A stretch of DNA of 32,000 nt, from positions 1,620,001 to 1,652,000 of the forward strand of contig NZ_CP047931.1 in the NCBI RefSeq assembly GCF_014280175.1, read 5' to 3'. The stretch is from Synechococcus sp. A15-28. GTDB taxonomy: Bacteria; Cyanobacteriota; Cyanobacteriia; PCC-6307; Cyanobiaceae. A program made the position numbers and the translations under genes. The notes under the pieces are model-generated. The model saw only the letters and a list, made by a program, of their open reading frames with translations, was not told the origin of the DNA and did not search any database. Positions 19,179-29,404 of the stretch are shown piece by piece (within the stretch, counting starts at the first letter, position 1; every line of letters begins with the position of its first letter).

Positions 19179-20072
19179 GTGAACAGCCTTCGTGAACGCC
19201 TTGGCCCCTGGCTTGAACTGCTGCGCTGGACCAAGCCAACCGGTCGCCTGATTCTGCTGATTCCCGCCGGCTGGAGCCTGTGGTTGTCACCCTCTGCACC
19301 TCCTGGCCTGCTTCTGTTGCTCCAGATCGTTGTCGGAGGGTTGGCCGTGAGTGGAGCCGGCTGCATTGCCAACGACCTTTGGGACCGCCGTTTCGACAGC
19401 CGGGTGGAACGGACGAAACAGCGGCCGCTGGCCCGGGGTGCGATCCGGCCGGCCGCAGCATTCATGCTGCTGATCGTTCTGCTGGTCCTCAGCCTTGCGG
19501 TGGTCCTCAGCCTGGATGAGACCAGCCAGGCCTTATGCCTGCTGCTCTCGATCTGCGCTCTTCCGGCGATCCTCCTCTATCCCTCCGCCAAGCGCTGGTT
19601 CGCTTACCCCCAGGCGGTGCTTGCTTTCTGCTGGGGCTTTGCCGTGCTGATCCCCTGGGCCGCAGCGGAACGAAGCCTGACGCTGCAGCCGGCCCTGATC
19701 GGCTGCTGGCTGGCCACGGTTCTGTGGACCTTCGGCTTCGACACCGTCTATGCCATGGCTGATCGCCGTGATGATGCAGTCATCGGCCTGAACAGCAGCG
19801 CCTTGAGCCTGGGGAGCCGTGCCGTCGTCACCGTCAGAGCCTGTTATGGCTTGACGGTCGCAGCCCTCGCGCTGGCCGCCGTCAGTGCGGGCGTTCATCC
19901 ACTGTTCTGGATCTTCTGGCTCGGAGCCACAGTGCTGATGCAGCTCAGTTGCCGGTCGTTGAACCAGCGCAACGCGACCATGGCGAGCTTTGGTCTTCAT
20001 TTCCGCGGCCAGGTCCAGATCGGCAGCCTGCTGCTGCTGGGGCTGATGCTGAGCCGCGGGCTGACCGGATGA
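19179..20072 (+). CDS. ubiA: 4-hydroxybenzoate polyprenyltransferase (UbiA family; plastoquinone pathway type)
   Basis: GTG start. LELLRWTKPTGRLILLIPAGWS, GAGCIANDLWDRRFDSRVERTKQRPLARG (NDxxDxxxD), second Asp-rich DTVYAMADRRDD. Confidence 0.88.
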   Translation: MNSLRERLGPWLELLRWTKPTGRLILLIPAGWSLWLSPSAPPGLLLLLQIVVGGLAVSGAGCIANDLWDRRFDSRVERTKQRPLARGAIRPAAAFMLLIVLLVLSLAVVLSLDETSQALCLLLSICALPAILLYPSAKRWFAYPQAVLAFCWGFAVLIPWAAAERSLTLQPALIGCWLATVLWTFGFDTVYAMADRRDDAVIGLNSSALSLGSRAVVTVRACYGLTVAALALAAVSAGVHPLFWIFWLGATVLMQLSCRSLNQRNATMASFGLHFRGQVQIGSLLLLGLMLSRGLTG

Positions 20073-20947
20073 CTGCGTTGCAGCCAGCCATCCCCCTCAC
20101 CGCGGGGGACGCCGTGGCCACCGTGGCAGCGAGCTCGGCCCTGGCGGACGATCATCGCCTGGAAGAGGGGTTGGAGGTGCTCAGGGGCTGGGGGCTGTGC
20201 CCCTTGGAGCAGAACGTGAGCGCTCGTCGTTGGGGGCACCTGGCTGGAACCGATCAGGAGCGCTTCAGCGATTTGACCCAGGACGCTCCTCTGCTGGCCT
20301 GCGCCCGCGGCGGCTGGGGATCGGCACGGCTGCTGGAACACCCCATCTCCTGGAAACCCGGCTGGCTGCTGGGCTTCTCCGATGTCACGTCCCTCCTCTG
20401 GGCAAGGCTGAGCGCAGGGTGGGCTGGCGGCATCCACGGCCCGCTTCTCACCACCCTCGCAGCGGAACCGGCATGGAGCCGGGAACGTCTGCGACAACTG
20501 CTGTTTGGCGAGACACCCCCCGCCCTTGAGGGGGAACCGCGGGGAGGGGGACAGACCACCGGTCCGTTGCTGGCGGCCAACCTCACCGTGGCCAGCCACC
20601 TGCTCGGTTCGGGCCTGATGCCAAACCTTCAGGGAGCCATCCTTGTTCTTGAAGATGTCGGTGAGGCGCCGTATCGGATCGATCGAATGCTGACCCACTG
20701 GAGATTGTGTGGCGTGCTCCAACAGCTCGGCGGGATCGGCTTCGGTCAGTTCGAAGGATGCGACAGCAGCCCGGATGACCCTTTGACCACAACACTCGCA
20801 GCGGTGCTCGACGAGCGCACCGCTGACCTGAACATTCCCGTCGTGATGAATCTGCCGGTCGGCCACGTCTGCGGCAATGCCGCCTTGCCGATGGGGCAGC
20901 TGGCTTGCCTCGACGGCAATCGCGGCAGCCTCAGCCTTGTTGCCTGA
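20069..20947 (+). CDS. ldcA: LD-carboxypeptidase (peptidase S66)
   Basis: ATG 20069 overlaps the ubiA stop (ATGA). GFSDVTSLL (nucleophile Ser), [17 protein letters not shown] and NLPVGHV complete the Ser-Glu-His pattern. Confidence 0.8.
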   Translation: MTALQPAIPLTAGDAVATVAASSALADDHRLEEGLEVLRGWGLCPLEQNVSARRWGHLAGTDQERFSDLTQDAPLLACARGGWGSARLLEHPISWKPGWLLGFSDVTSLLWARLSAGWAGGIHGPLLTTLAAEPAWSRERLRQLLFGETPPALEGEPRGGGQTTGPLLAANLTVASHLLGSGLMPNLQGAILVLEDVGEAPYRIDRMLTHWRLCGVLQQLGGIGFGQFEGCDSSPDDPLTTTLAAVLDERTADLNIPVVMNLPVGHVCGNAALPMGQLACLDGNRGSLSLVA

Positions 20948-21611
20948 GAGCCAGCACGGCTTCGGCCACCGTCAGGTCAAACGGTGTGGTCACCTTGATG
21001 TTGGACGGTCCGGCATCCAGCACTTGCACAGGCCAGCCGAGGCGCTCATACAGAGAGGCGTCGTCCGTGACGGCCCAACCCATCGCTTCAGCCTGGGCAT
21101 GCCCCTGGCGCAACTGGTCCACCTGAAAACCCTGAGGAGTCTGCGCAGCCCAGAGCTCCGATCGGTCCGGCGTCTCAGTGATCACCCCATCGCCATCCAC
21201 CCGCTTGATCGTGTCGGTGACAGGGGTTGCTGCGATCAGCGCCTGGCCTGTGGCCAGGGCCTGCGCGCAGCGATCGAACAGCGCCGGTTCCGCCAGGCAG
21301 CGGGCGCCGTCGTGGATCAACACCAGTTCAGCAGCGGCAGGCAGCCCCGCCAGCCCGCGCAACACCGACTCCTGCCGCGTGCTGCCGCCCTGGATCCAGG
21401 TGACCGGCTTGTCAGCATCCCCCATGAGATCAAGAATCGGTTCGCGATCGATCTCCTGACCCACCACACCGATCCAGTGGATCTGTTCAGCGGCCAACGC
21501 AGCCTTCAGCGTCCAGGCGATCACAGGCTTTCCGGCCAATGGCAGCAGAAGCTTGTTGCGATCCGCGCCCATGCGGCGACCACTGCCCGCTGCGGCGATC
21601 AACAGATGCAC
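20931..21611 (-). CDS. ispD: 2-C-methyl-D-erythritol 4-phosphate cytidylyltransferase
   Basis: GTG 21611 gives (M)[22 protein letters not shown], then [25 protein letters not shown]. In-frame ATG 21650 is the alternative start. The track ORF to 21890 is over-extended. Confidence 0.9.
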   Translation of the reverse strand: MHLLIAAAGSGRRMGADRNKLLLPLAGKPVIAWTLKAALAAEQIHWIGVVGQEIDREPILDLMGDADKPVTWIQGGSTRQESVLRGLAGLPAAAELVLIHDGARCLAEPALFDRCAQALATGQALIAATPVTDTIKRVDGDGVITETPDRSELWAAQTPQGFQVDQLRQGHAQAEAMGWAVTDDASLYERLGWPVQVLDAGPSNIKVTTPFDLTVAEAVLALRQQG

Positions 21612-21684
21612 AAGCGACTCCTGCCCCAGGCAGGCCGAAACGGCCTCCATACAATCAGTCTGCACCCCGCCCTGAGGCGAGTCC

Positions 21685-22518
21685 ATGCGTGTTCTTGCTC
21701 TCAGCCCTGGCCCGCTGGCCCAGCAACTGGATCGACTCCCGGCGCTGGTGAGCCTGTGCGAGCAGGTGGGCGCCACTCTGCAGGTGGCCTGCGCTCCGGC
21801 CTGTCGCGGGGCCTGGGACCTGGTTCCCCAAGTGGAGAAGATTCTTCCCTTTGATTTCGAGGCAGCACCCACCCTCGCGGACTGGGCCAACCTGCTTGGT
21901 TGCGTGCGGGAGCCCGATTTTCAGGTCTGCCTCAACTTCGCTGAAGGACGGCAGGTGAACCTGATGCTGTCGATGAGTCACATCCCCACGCGAATCGCCA
22001 GCAGCGGTTTCTCCAGCACTGAAATCGTCTCCCCCGGCGAGGGCTGGTGTGCCCAGCGCCTGGCCAGTGTGCTGAAGCCCCTGGGCTGCGACCTGGATGC
22101 GGACCGTTTCCGACTGGCCCTTTCCAGCACGGACCTCGACGCCGCCCGCGCTGAACAACCCGCCGGAGAAGGCCCCATGCTGCTGCTGGCTCCTGCTGGC
22201 TCGACTGTGGATTGGCCGGAACAGCGCTGGAGGTCACTGCCAGAGGCCATCGCGCAGCGCCTCAAAGGACTGCGCACCTTGCAGCTGAATCCGGATCTGC
22301 CCATCAACCGTCGTGCGGCGGCTGTCGCCAGTGCCGACGTGGTGCTCAGCAGCTGCCCGGTGAGCCAGAAGTTGGCCATCTACAGCGGCGTTCCACTGGT
22401 GGCACTGGGCGCGGAACCTCAGGACCTCCCCGACCGACCCGACATTCGCTGCCTTGGCACCCCCGGTAATCTCAGCGCCCTTGCGGACGATGAGGTGCTT
22501 CAGGCCCTCGGGTTCTGA
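21685..22518 (+). CDS. Glycosyltransferase family 9 (heptosyltransferase)-like protein
   Basis: [21 protein letters not shown].., 277 aa, with a C-terminal [25 protein letters not shown] resembling the GT9 nucleotide-sugar half. Similarity judged by eye. Confidence 0.55.
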   Translation: MRVLALSPGPLAQQLDRLPALVSLCEQVGATLQVACAPACRGAWDLVPQVEKILPFDFEAAPTLADWANLLGCVREPDFQVCLNFAEGRQVNLMLSMSHIPTRIASSGFSSTEIVSPGEGWCAQRLASVLKPLGCDLDADRFRLALSSTDLDAARAEQPAGEGPMLLLAPAGSTVDWPEQRWRSLPEAIAQRLKGLRTLQLNPDLPINRRAAAVASADVVLSSCPVSQKLAIYSGVPLVALGAEPQDLPDRPDIRCLGTPGNLSALADDEVLQALGF

Positions 22519-22527
22519 CCAGCACTG

Positions 22528-23595
22528 ATGAATCAGGGCTCTCGACGCTGGACGAGCCGACGTCAGCTCAAGCTGCTGGCGGCCCCATGGCGCGGTCCCT
22601 TCAGCGCCCTCGCGGCCGTGATCTCGATCGGTGCGATGGGCTACCGCCTCACCGAAGGATGGGATTGGGGGGACTGTCTCTGGATGGTGCTGATCACCAT
22701 CAGCACCATCGGCTACGGAGAAGTGGAAACCCTCTCCCCGGCAGGGCGGCTGGTGACGGTGCTGATCGTCGTGGGTGGCCTGATCGTCGTTCAACTGGCG
22801 ATTCAGCGGGTGCTTGGCCTGAAGGACGCGGGTTATTTCCGCAGACTGCAGGAGTTCCGCATCCACCGCATGCTGGAAAGCCTGCACGATCACGTCATCC
22901 TCTGCGGCTATGGGCGCATTGGTCAGGAGATCGCAGCCCAGCTGCAGCGCGATCAGATTCCCCTCGTGGTGATTGAGACCGACCCGGATCGTCGGGATGT
23001 GGCGGAAGCCAATGGACTGCAGGTGCTTCTGGCGGATGCGACCCTCGACGAAACGCTTCTCGACGCTGGCCTGGAGCGCTGTCAAAGCCTGGTGGCGGCT
23101 CTGCCCAGTGATGCTTCAAATCTCTATGTGGTTCTCAGCGCCCGGGGGTTGAAGCCCACCTGCAGGCTCATCGCGCGAGCCAACAGCGATGAAGCCGCCA
23201 CGAAGCTGCGGCTCGCCGGCGCCGCGGTTGTGGTGAGTCCCTACGTCGCCGGTGGACGGGTGATGGCGGCCTCCGCATTGCGTCCCCTGGCCCTGAATTT
23301 CATGGAACTTCTGGCGGGGTCGGATTTTGAAATCGAGGAATTCCAACTCAGCCGCGACCCTCTGCCCCTGAACGCAATTCAGGGTCGGAGCCTGGCGGAA
23401 CTGGAACTGGGCCGCCGCAGCGGAGCCCTCGTGCTTGCGATCCGAGATGGAAATGACCTGATCGCCAACCCAGGCGGGGAAACCCAGTTGGCCCCTGGCC
23501 AACTGCTGATCGTGCTGGGCAGCAAGCCGCAACTCAAACGCTTTCAGGCGCTTCTGGGCGAAGCGGTCGACAGCATCGAAACCATGGCGGGTTGA
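22528..23595 (+). CDS. Two-TM potassium channel with TrkA-N/TrkA-C (RCK) gating domains
   Basis: Selectivity filter TISTIGYGEV. Rossmann-type ILCGYGRIGQEIA. C-terminal RCK-C segment EFQLS..GRSLAELEL..ALVLAIRDG. Confidence 0.87.
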   Translation: MNQGSRRWTSRRQLKLLAAPWRGPFSALAAVISIGAMGYRLTEGWDWGDCLWMVLITISTIGYGEVETLSPAGRLVTVLIVVGGLIVVQLAIQRVLGLKDAGYFRRLQEFRIHRMLESLHDHVILCGYGRIGQEIAAQLQRDQIPLVVIETDPDRRDVAEANGLQVLLADATLDETLLDAGLERCQSLVAALPSDASNLYVVLSARGLKPTCRLIARANSDEAATKLRLAGAAVVVSPYVAGGRVMAASALRPLALNFMELLAGSDFEIEEFQLSRDPLPLNAIQGRSLAELELGRRSGALVLAIRDGNDLIANPGGETQLAPGQLLIVLGSKPQLKRFQALLGEAVDSIETMAG

Positions 23596-23642
23596 GCCGG
23601 CTCCGGGCGCATCCCTACGATCCTCCGATCACAGCAGCCGCC

Positions 23643-24395
23643 ATGCTCAGCTCCACCTCCCTCGACGGTCAGACCGCATTGGTGACAGGAGGCGGACGGG
23701 GCATCGGCAAAGCCATCGCCCTGGCCCTCGCGGAAGCCGGAGCTGAGGTGGTGGTCAACTACGCCAATTCCGCCGGTGCCGCTGACGAGGTGGTGGCTGC
23801 GATCACCGCTGCCGGTGGAAAGGCCTACGCCCTGAAGGCCAACGTCTCCATCGAGGAGGAGGTGGACGGACTGATCAAGGCGGTTCTGGAGCGCAGCGGT
23901 CGCCTGGACGTTCTGGTGAACAACGCTGGTATCACCAGGGACGGCCTGCTGATGCGGATGAAAACCGATGACTGGCAGGCGGTGATCGACCTGAACCTCA
24001 CCGGGGTGTTTCTGTGCAGCCGTGCCGTGGCACGTCCGATGTTGAAGCAGAAAAGCGGCCGCATCATCAACATCACCTCGGTGGTGGGACTGATGGGGAA
24101 TGCCGGTCAGGCCAACTACGCCGCGGCCAAAGCCGGGGTGATCGGCCTGACCCGCAGCTCCGCCAAGGAACTGGCCAGCAGGGGGATCACGGTCAATGCC
24201 GTGGCCCCTGGCTTCATCGCCACAGACATGACCAAGGATCTGGATGCCGACGCCATCCTCAAGGACATTCCCCTGGGACAGTTCGGCACCCAGGAACAGG
24301 TGGCTGGAGCCGTGCGCTTTCTCGCAGCGGACGACGCTGCTGCCTACATCACCGGTCAGGTTCTGCAGGTGGATGGCGGCATGGTGATGGCCTGA
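23643..24395 (+). CDS. fabG: 3-oxoacyl-[acyl-carrier-protein] reductase
   Basis: ALVTGGGRGIGKAIA, LVNNAGIT, NITSVVG..GQANYAAAKAG (Ser..YxxxK), ITGQVLQVDGGMVM. Length 250 aa from ATG 23643. Confidence 0.93.
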   Translation: MLSSTSLDGQTALVTGGGRGIGKAIALALAEAGAEVVVNYANSAGAADEVVAAITAAGGKAYALKANVSIEEEVDGLIKAVLERSGRLDVLVNNAGITRDGLLMRMKTDDWQAVIDLNLTGVFLCSRAVARPMLKQKSGRIINITSVVGLMGNAGQANYAAAKAGVIGLTRSSAKELASRGITVNAVAPGFIATDMTKDLDADAILKDIPLGQFGTQEQVAGAVRFLAADDAAAYITGQVLQVDGGMVMA

Positions 24396-24399
24396 TCGT

Positions 24400-24576
24400 T
24401 CAGGAATCGAGGGGCTGAGCCAACTCTTCCCGCAGTCGACGGATGCGTTGAAGCAGGCGCAATCGTCGGCTTCGTTCGGTCGCCGTGAGAAAAATCCGCA
24501 GCGGCACATACACAAGGGCCATGGAGCCGGCCAAGCCCGCCATCAGGACGAAGAACAGCGTGCCGTTGTCACCCAT
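24400..24576 (-). CDS. Candidate small membrane protein, 58 aa (below ORF-track cutoff)
   Basis: ATG 24576 to TGA 24402-24400 reads MGDNGTLFFVLMAGLAGSMALVYVPLRIFLTATERSRRLRLLQRIRRLREELAQPLDS, one hydrophobic helix plus an Arg-rich amphipathic tail. It fills an otherwise unexplained 310-nt gap. No family recognised. Confidence 0.4.
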   Translation of the reverse strand: MGDNGTLFFVLMAGLAGSMALVYVPLRIFLTATERSRRLRLLQRIRRLREELAQPLDS

Positions 24577-24706
24577 GTGCGGACATTAATCAGAGTGTGT
24601 GATGACGACATGAGCTGAGGGGTTCCGATTCGGCTTTCCCCACCGATGCCCCCCTGTCGAGCCCTGCAAGTGCTGTGGGACAGTGATCGACGGCGGTCCC
24701 GAGATC

Positions 24707-26395
24707 ATGGCCAAACTCCTTTCCTTCTCTGACGAATCCCGCAGCGCCCTGGAACGCGGCGTCGACGCCTTGGCTGACGCCGTGCGCGTCACCATCGGCC
24801 CGCGCGGCCGCAATGTGGTGCTGGAAAAGTCATTCGGTGCCCCCGACATCGTCAATGACGGCGACACCATCGCCCGAGAAATCGAACTGGATGATCCCTT
24901 CGAGAACCTTGGGGCCAAGTTGATCCAGCAGGTGGCCTCCCGCACCAAGGACAAGGCCGGTGACGGCACCACGACGGCCACGGTGCTGGCCCAGGCCATG
25001 GTGAGGGAAGGTCTGCGCAACACGGCTGCAGGAGCCAGCCCGGTAGAGCTCCGCCGTGGCATGGAAAAGGCCGTCGCACAGGTGGTCAACGGTCTTCAGC
25101 AGCGCAGCCAGCCCGTGGCGGGAGATTCCATCCGTCAGGTGGCCACCGTCAGTTCCGGTGGTGACGACGAAGTGGGTCGGATGATTTCCGAAGCCATGGA
25201 TCGTGTCAGCGCCGATGGGGTGATCACCGTTGAGGAGTCCAAATCCCTGGCTACGGAGCTTGAGGTCACCGAAGGCATGGCCTTCGACCGCGGCTACAGC
25301 TCCCCCTATTTCGTCACCGATCCCGATCGCCAGATCTGTGAGTTCGAGAATCCGCTGATCCTGCTCACCGATCGCAAGATCAGCGCCATCGCCGATCTCG
25401 TTCCTGTGCTTGAAGCGGTGCAGAAGAGTGGTTCTCCACTGTTGATCCTGGCCGAGGAAGTGGAAGGCGAAGCCCTGGCCACCCTCGTGGTGAATCGCAA
25501 CCGGGGCGTGTTGCAGGTGGCGGCTGTCCGGGCCCCATCCTTCGGCGAACGCCGCAAAGCAGCCCTCGCTGATATCGCCATCCTCACCGGCGGAACGCTG
25601 ATCAGTGAAGACCGGGCGATGACCCTGGACAAAGTGGAGCTGTCTGATCTCGGCAAAGCACGCCGCGTCACCATCAGCAAGGAGAGCACCACGATCGTGG
25701 CCACGGAGGATCACCGTGCCGCCGTCACCGACCGTGTGGCCTCCATCAAGCGAGAACTCGATGCCACCGACTCCGACTACGACCGCGAGAAGCTGAACGA
25801 GCGCATCGCCAAGCTCGCCGGCGGCGTTGCCGTCATCAAAGTGGGTGCTCCCACGGAAACGGAACTCAAGAACCGCAAGCTGCGGATCGAGGATGCCCTG
25901 AACGCCACCCGGGCGGCCATCGAAGAGGGCATCGTTCCCGGTGGTGGCACCACACTTCTGCAGCTGGCCGATGGGTTGAACAGCCTGGTGGAGCAGCTGG
26001 AAGGTGATCAACGCACCGGTGTTGAAATTCTTCAGCGTGCCCTGGTGGCACCGGTGCATCACATCGCCACCAACGCAGGCCATAACGGCGACGTTGTGAT
26101 CGAAGCCATGCGCAACAGCGGTCAAGGGTTCAACGCCCTCACCGGCAACTACGAAGATCTGATGGCTGCTGGCATTGTCGATGCCGCCAAGGTGGTGAGC
26201 CTCGCTGTTCAGGATGCAGTGTCGATCGCCTCGCTGCTGATCACCACGGAAGTGGTGATCGCGGACAAACCTGAGCCGGAAGCCCCGGCTGCCGATGGCG
26301 GCGGCGATCCCATGGGCGGCATGGGTGGAATGGGCGGCATGGGCATGCCTGGAATGGGCGGCATGGGGGGCATGGGCATGCCCGGGATGATGTGA
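24707..26395 (+). CDS. groEL: Chaperonin GroEL (60 kDa), orphan copy without adjacent groES
   Basis: [53 protein letters not shown], and a C-terminal GGM repeat tail. No co-chaperonin ORF lies upstream. Confidence 0.97.
   Translation: MAKLLSFSDESRSALERGVDALADAVRVTIGPRGRNVVLEKSFGAPDIVNDGDTIAREIELDDPFENLGAKLIQQVASRTKDKAGDGTTTATVLAQAMVREGLRNTAAGASPVELRRGMEKAVAQVVNGLQQRSQPVAGDSIRQVATVSSGGDDEVGRMISEAMDRVSADGVITVEESKSLATELEVTEGMAFDRGYSSPYFVTDPDRQICEFENPLILLTDRKISAIADLVPVLEAVQKSGSPLLILAEEVEGEALATLVVNRNRGVLQVAAVRAPSFGERRKAALADIAILTGGTLISEDRAMTLDKVELSDLGKARRVTISKESTTIVATEDHRAAVTDRVASIKRELDATDSDYDREKLNERIAKLAGGVAVIKVGAPTETELKNRKLRIEDALNATRAAIEEGIVPGGGTTLLQLADGLNSLVEQLEGDQRTGVEILQRALVAPVHHIATNAGHNGDVVIEAMRNSGQGFNALTGNYEDLMAAGIVDAAKVVSLAVQDAVSIASLLITTEVVIADKPEPEAPAADGGGDPMGGMGGMGGMGMPGMGGMGGMGMPGMM
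26312..26392 (+). repeat. Coding tandem repeat (ATGGGCGGC-type units) for the GroEL Gly-Gly-Met tail
   Basis: Translates as [27 protein letters not shown]. An approximately 33-nt unit is duplicated. Confidence 0.8.
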
Positions 26396-27085
26396 TCAGG
26401 CCGCCATCCCTCGGCAGTAGGCCTGCACCTGCAGGTCTACCCCGGTGATCGCCGTTCCAACCACCACGTTGTCCGCGCCAGCCTCAAGGGCAGTGCAGGC
26501 TGCGGTTGGCGAGGAGATCCCCCCTTCACAGATTAGGCGAACCGACGTTTTCAGTTCCTTCCGCAGCTCCGGCAGCAGGTTCAGGGCCGGCGGCGACTGG
26601 TCAGCCGTGTCCTCGGTGTAGCCATAGAGCGTTGTGCCGACCCAATCGCAACCCAGCTCGGCAGCACGGATGCCGTTCGCGACGCTGTCGACATCTGCCA
26701 TGAGTGGAGCCCGCAACTCAGACCGGCAACGCTGAATCAACGCCTCCAACCGTTGTTCCTCCGGCCGAGGGCGCTGGGTGGCGTCCAACGCAATGACATC
26801 GGCGCCAGCGGACCACACCGCCTGAACCTCCTTCCATCCCGGTGTGATGTAAACGGGACTATCGGGGAAGGTGCATTTCCACAGTCCAATGATGAGCGCA
26901 TCGGGGCAGCGGCGGCGTACGGCCCCAATGTGCTCCGGACTCTCCAGGCGTACTCCGACAGCTCCGCAGCGCAAGGACGCTTCCGCCATTGCTGCGATCA
27001 CCTGGGAATCACGCATGGGGGAGCCCGGGGGGGCCTGCACCGAAACGATCAGTCCCTGCTCAAGCCGCTCAGTCGTAGGGATCAT
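26396..27085 (-). CDS. nanE: Putative N-acetylmannosamine-6-phosphate 2-epimerase
   Basis: GLIVSVQAPPGSPMRD..IAAMAEASLRCGAVGVRLES, ADVIALDAT, and C-terminal ICEGGISSP..AGADNVVVGTAITG match the NanE TIM-barrel pattern. Confidence 0.78.
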   Translation of the reverse strand: MIPTTERLEQGLIVSVQAPPGSPMRDSQVIAAMAEASLRCGAVGVRLESPEHIGAVRRRCPDALIIGLWKCTFPDSPVYITPGWKEVQAVWSAGADVIALDATQRPRPEEQRLEALIQRCRSELRAPLMADVDSVANGIRAAELGCDWVGTTLYGYTEDTADQSPPALNLLPELRKELKTSVRLICEGGISSPTAACTALEAGADNVVVGTAITGVDLQVQAYCRGMAA

Positions 27086-27091
27086 CAGCGA

Positions 27092-27487
27092 TCAGGAGGC
27101 CTTGTGGACGCTGTCATCGCCCGATACAAGCCATCTCCGCAGAGATGGGGGCGTGCTCAGCGGGGGAGCCGTCACCTCGTGGAACTCATCAGCAGGATGA
27201 TCAACGGACATCGTCGGCTCATCGAGTGCTCGGCTCACCTCCCTGAAGGAATGGCGCACAACATTTGAGACCCGCTCGAAGGCCCCAGGCTGATCGGCGA
27301 CAGGCTCGACCTCCGCAACCGGATCGACTCTCGAGAACTCCGGCAGGGAGTCCACACCGAACCGATGCACCCACTGGCTGCGCAAAAGACGCAATTGCCT
27401 CTGATCATCAGCGCCGTGGGCGGCCTTCAGTTGGCTGGCGAGGATGTTCTGACGCTGGGACGGAGGATCAAACGGGGAAGAGAGCAC
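27092..27487 (-). CDS. Hypothetical protein, 131 aa (GTG start)
   Basis: The ORF is wedged with 3-nt and 6-nt gaps between the ABC-2 permease and nanE. It is acidic and Pro-rich with no recognisable domain. Confidence 0.5.
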   Translation of the reverse strand: MLSSPFDPPSQRQNILASQLKAAHGADDQRQLRLLRSQWVHRFGVDSLPEFSRVDPVAEVEPVADQPGAFERVSNVVRHSFREVSRALDEPTMSVDHPADEFHEVTAPPLSTPPSLRRWLVSGDDSVHKAS

Positions 27488-27490
27488 GGG

Positions 27491-28339
27491 TCAGGACAAC
27501 TTGCGGTTGAGCAGGGGACGAATCAGAAGGAAGAGTCCAACGGTGAGGGCGACAAGGATGCTGAGACAGCCGAAACCGGTCACATCGCCGTAGGGGGCCT
27601 CCAAAAGAACCGCCGAAAGATCCAGCGGACCGCGATAAGCGGCACGGATGGGTTCAATCGCGAAGGTAAGGGGATTCAGGGCCGCAAGCCAGCCCAGCCA
27701 GGAGGGCATGAAGGAGAGCGGAGCCAAGGCTGTGCTGGCGAACAACAACGGCAAATTGGCCACGAAGATGACGGCAATCAGCTCGATATGTCCCGGTAGG
27801 GCAAAGGCCAGGCCGAGACTCAGGGCCGTAACGGCGAACACCAGCATCAGCAGGGTCAGAAGCACCAAGAGGAGACCAGCGCCTCCCGGCCAGCCGTACC
27901 CCAGGGCTGCGGCCGTCAGCATGATGGCCAGGCTCTGCAGAAGGCTCAGGGCCGTGATGTAAATCACCGAAGCCAGAACGATCGAACTGCGACTGCGCAA
28001 CGGAGCCACCAGCAGCCGGTTCAGGAAACCGAACTCCCGATCGAACATCACCGGCAGTCCCGCATTCAAGGCACCACTGAATGCGGTGAAAACGATCACG
28101 CCAGCGCCAAGGAACCTCCCGTAGCTCATGCCCCCAGGAAGGAGGCCTTCCGGTGCATTGGCAAACAGGGCGCCGAAGAGAATCAACCAGATCAGAGGTT
28201 GAAGGATGCCAGCGATCAATGTGGAAGGACGACGCAGCAACTGCAGGAACAATCGTCGCGTCAGAGCCACGGTCTCCTGCGTGAGCTCGGCGAGAGCTCC
28301 GCGATCGTTAGCGAGGGAAGGCAGGGCTGAAGAGGTCAT
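27491..28339 (-). CDS. ABC-2 type transporter permease
   Basis: Six hydrophobic helices. RLFLQLLRRPSTLIAGILQPLIWLILFG is the usual ABC-2 N-terminal pattern. ATG 28339 (the track starts at TTG 28345). Confidence 0.85.
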   Translation of the reverse strand: MTSSALPSLANDRGALAELTQETVALTRRLFLQLLRRPSTLIAGILQPLIWLILFGALFANAPEGLLPGGMSYGRFLGAGVIVFTAFSGALNAGLPVMFDREFGFLNRLLVAPLRSRSSIVLASVIYITALSLLQSLAIMLTAAALGYGWPGGAGLLLVLLTLLMLVFAVTALSLGLAFALPGHIELIAVIFVANLPLLFASTALAPLSFMPSWLGWLAALNPLTFAIEPIRAAYRGPLDLSAVLLEAPYGDVTGFGCLSILVALTVGLFLLIRPLLNRKLS

Positions 28340-28354
28340 GAGCAATTGGCGGAC

Positions 28355-29368
28355 TCAACGCATGGACTGGCGCTTTTCCTGTTTGAGGTCGCGCTGACCG
28401 GCCAGGGCCAGCTCCGCATCCATCAGGGTTCGGCCTGTGGCCTGAAGGTAGACATCATCAAGGCTGGGACGGCTCTGGGCGAGAGCAAAAACAGGCAAGC
28501 CTTCATGATCCAGACATTGACGCACCCTGCTGATCACAACGTCTCCATCAATGACGAGATTGAGCGAAAATCCCTGGGCCCGGTTCACCACCACCTGACG
28601 GACCCCCTCCAGGGGCTGCAGCAGCTGGCAGACCCGATCGGCTTCTGTGGCGTCACTGAATTCCCGCACCCGCAGCGTCACACGGTCCCCCCCGAGCTGT
28701 TGTTTCAACCCATCGGGGGTGCCTTCTGCAATCACCCGTCCCGAATCGATGATCGCCATGCGATCGGCGATGGCCTCAATCTCTTCGAGGTAGTGACTGC
28801 TGAGCAGCACGCTGGTGCCCTGACTGACCAGCTGGCGCAGCAGATCCCAGATGGCCGATCGGCTCTCGATATCAAGGCCCACTGTCGGCTCATCCAGCAC
28901 CAGCAGGCGGGGGCGATGCAACAGACCGGCCGCAAGGTCCAGACGTCGCCGCATTCCTCCGGAATAGGTGCCGCAGCGTCGGTCCACCCAATCCCCCATG
29001 GCCAAGCGCTCGATGAGGTCGGCCATGCGCTGATCACGATCCCGTCTTGGCAGGTGATAAAGGTCTCCCTGCAGTTGGAGCAGCTCACGACCCGTCAGGA
29101 TTTTGTCGATGGCCACCTCCTGGGCCACGTAGCCAAGCTGACGTCGCACCGCTCTGGGATCCTTTATGGCATCGATACCGGCCACCTGAACCGATCCCGA
29201 GTCAGGTTCCAGCAACGTGGCCAGGATGCGAAGCGTTGACGTTTTCCCAGCGCCATTGGGTCCCAAGAGGCCATAAAGACAGGCCTCAGGAACCTCAAGG
29301 TTCAAGTCTTCGAGCGCCACAACAGAGCCGTAAGACTTGCGCAGGTGCCGAAGTTCAATAAGGGGCAT
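28355..29368 (-). CDS. ABC transporter ATP-binding protein (DrrA/CcmA-like exporter ATPase)
   Basis: GLLGPNGAGKTSTL (Walker A), YSGGMRRRLDLA (signature), LLVLDEPTVGLD (Walker B), plus a C-terminal accessory domain. Length 337 aa. Confidence 0.92.
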   Translation of the reverse strand: MPLIELRHLRKSYGSVVALEDLNLEVPEACLYGLLGPNGAGKTSTLRILATLLEPDSGSVQVAGIDAIKDPRAVRRQLGYVAQEVAIDKILTGRELLQLQGDLYHLPRRDRDQRMADLIERLAMGDWVDRRCGTYSGGMRRRLDLAAGLLHRPRLLVLDEPTVGLDIESRSAIWDLLRQLVSQGTSVLLSSHYLEEIEAIADRMAIIDSGRVIAEGTPDGLKQQLGGDRVTLRVREFSDATEADRVCQLLQPLEGVRQVVVNRAQGFSLNLVIDGDVVISRVRQCLDHEGLPVFALAQSRPSLDDVYLQATGRTLMDAELALAGQRDLKQEKRQSMR

Positions 29369-29404
29369 CGCACAGCCGAACCAGGGACGGAATCTAAGAA
29401 CCGA

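Noticed and set aside
20877-21854. 325-aa plus-strand ORF opposite ispD, and similar antisense ORFs at 14898-15737, 18244-19155, 19997-20866, 22234-23085 and 23544-24515
   Set aside because: Each lies opposite a gene with strong family motifs. None has a recognisable fold signature of its own.
24830-26125. 431-aa minus-strand ORF inside groEL
   Set aside because: It is antisense to groEL, has no recognisable domain, and shows the same high-GC artefact pattern.
26312-26392. Tandem ATGGGCGGC-type repeats, considered as a possible CRISPR or microsatellite element
   Set aside because: They are in-frame coding sequence for the well-known GroEL C-terminal Gly-Gly-Met tail. There are no spacers or flanking non-coding repeats.
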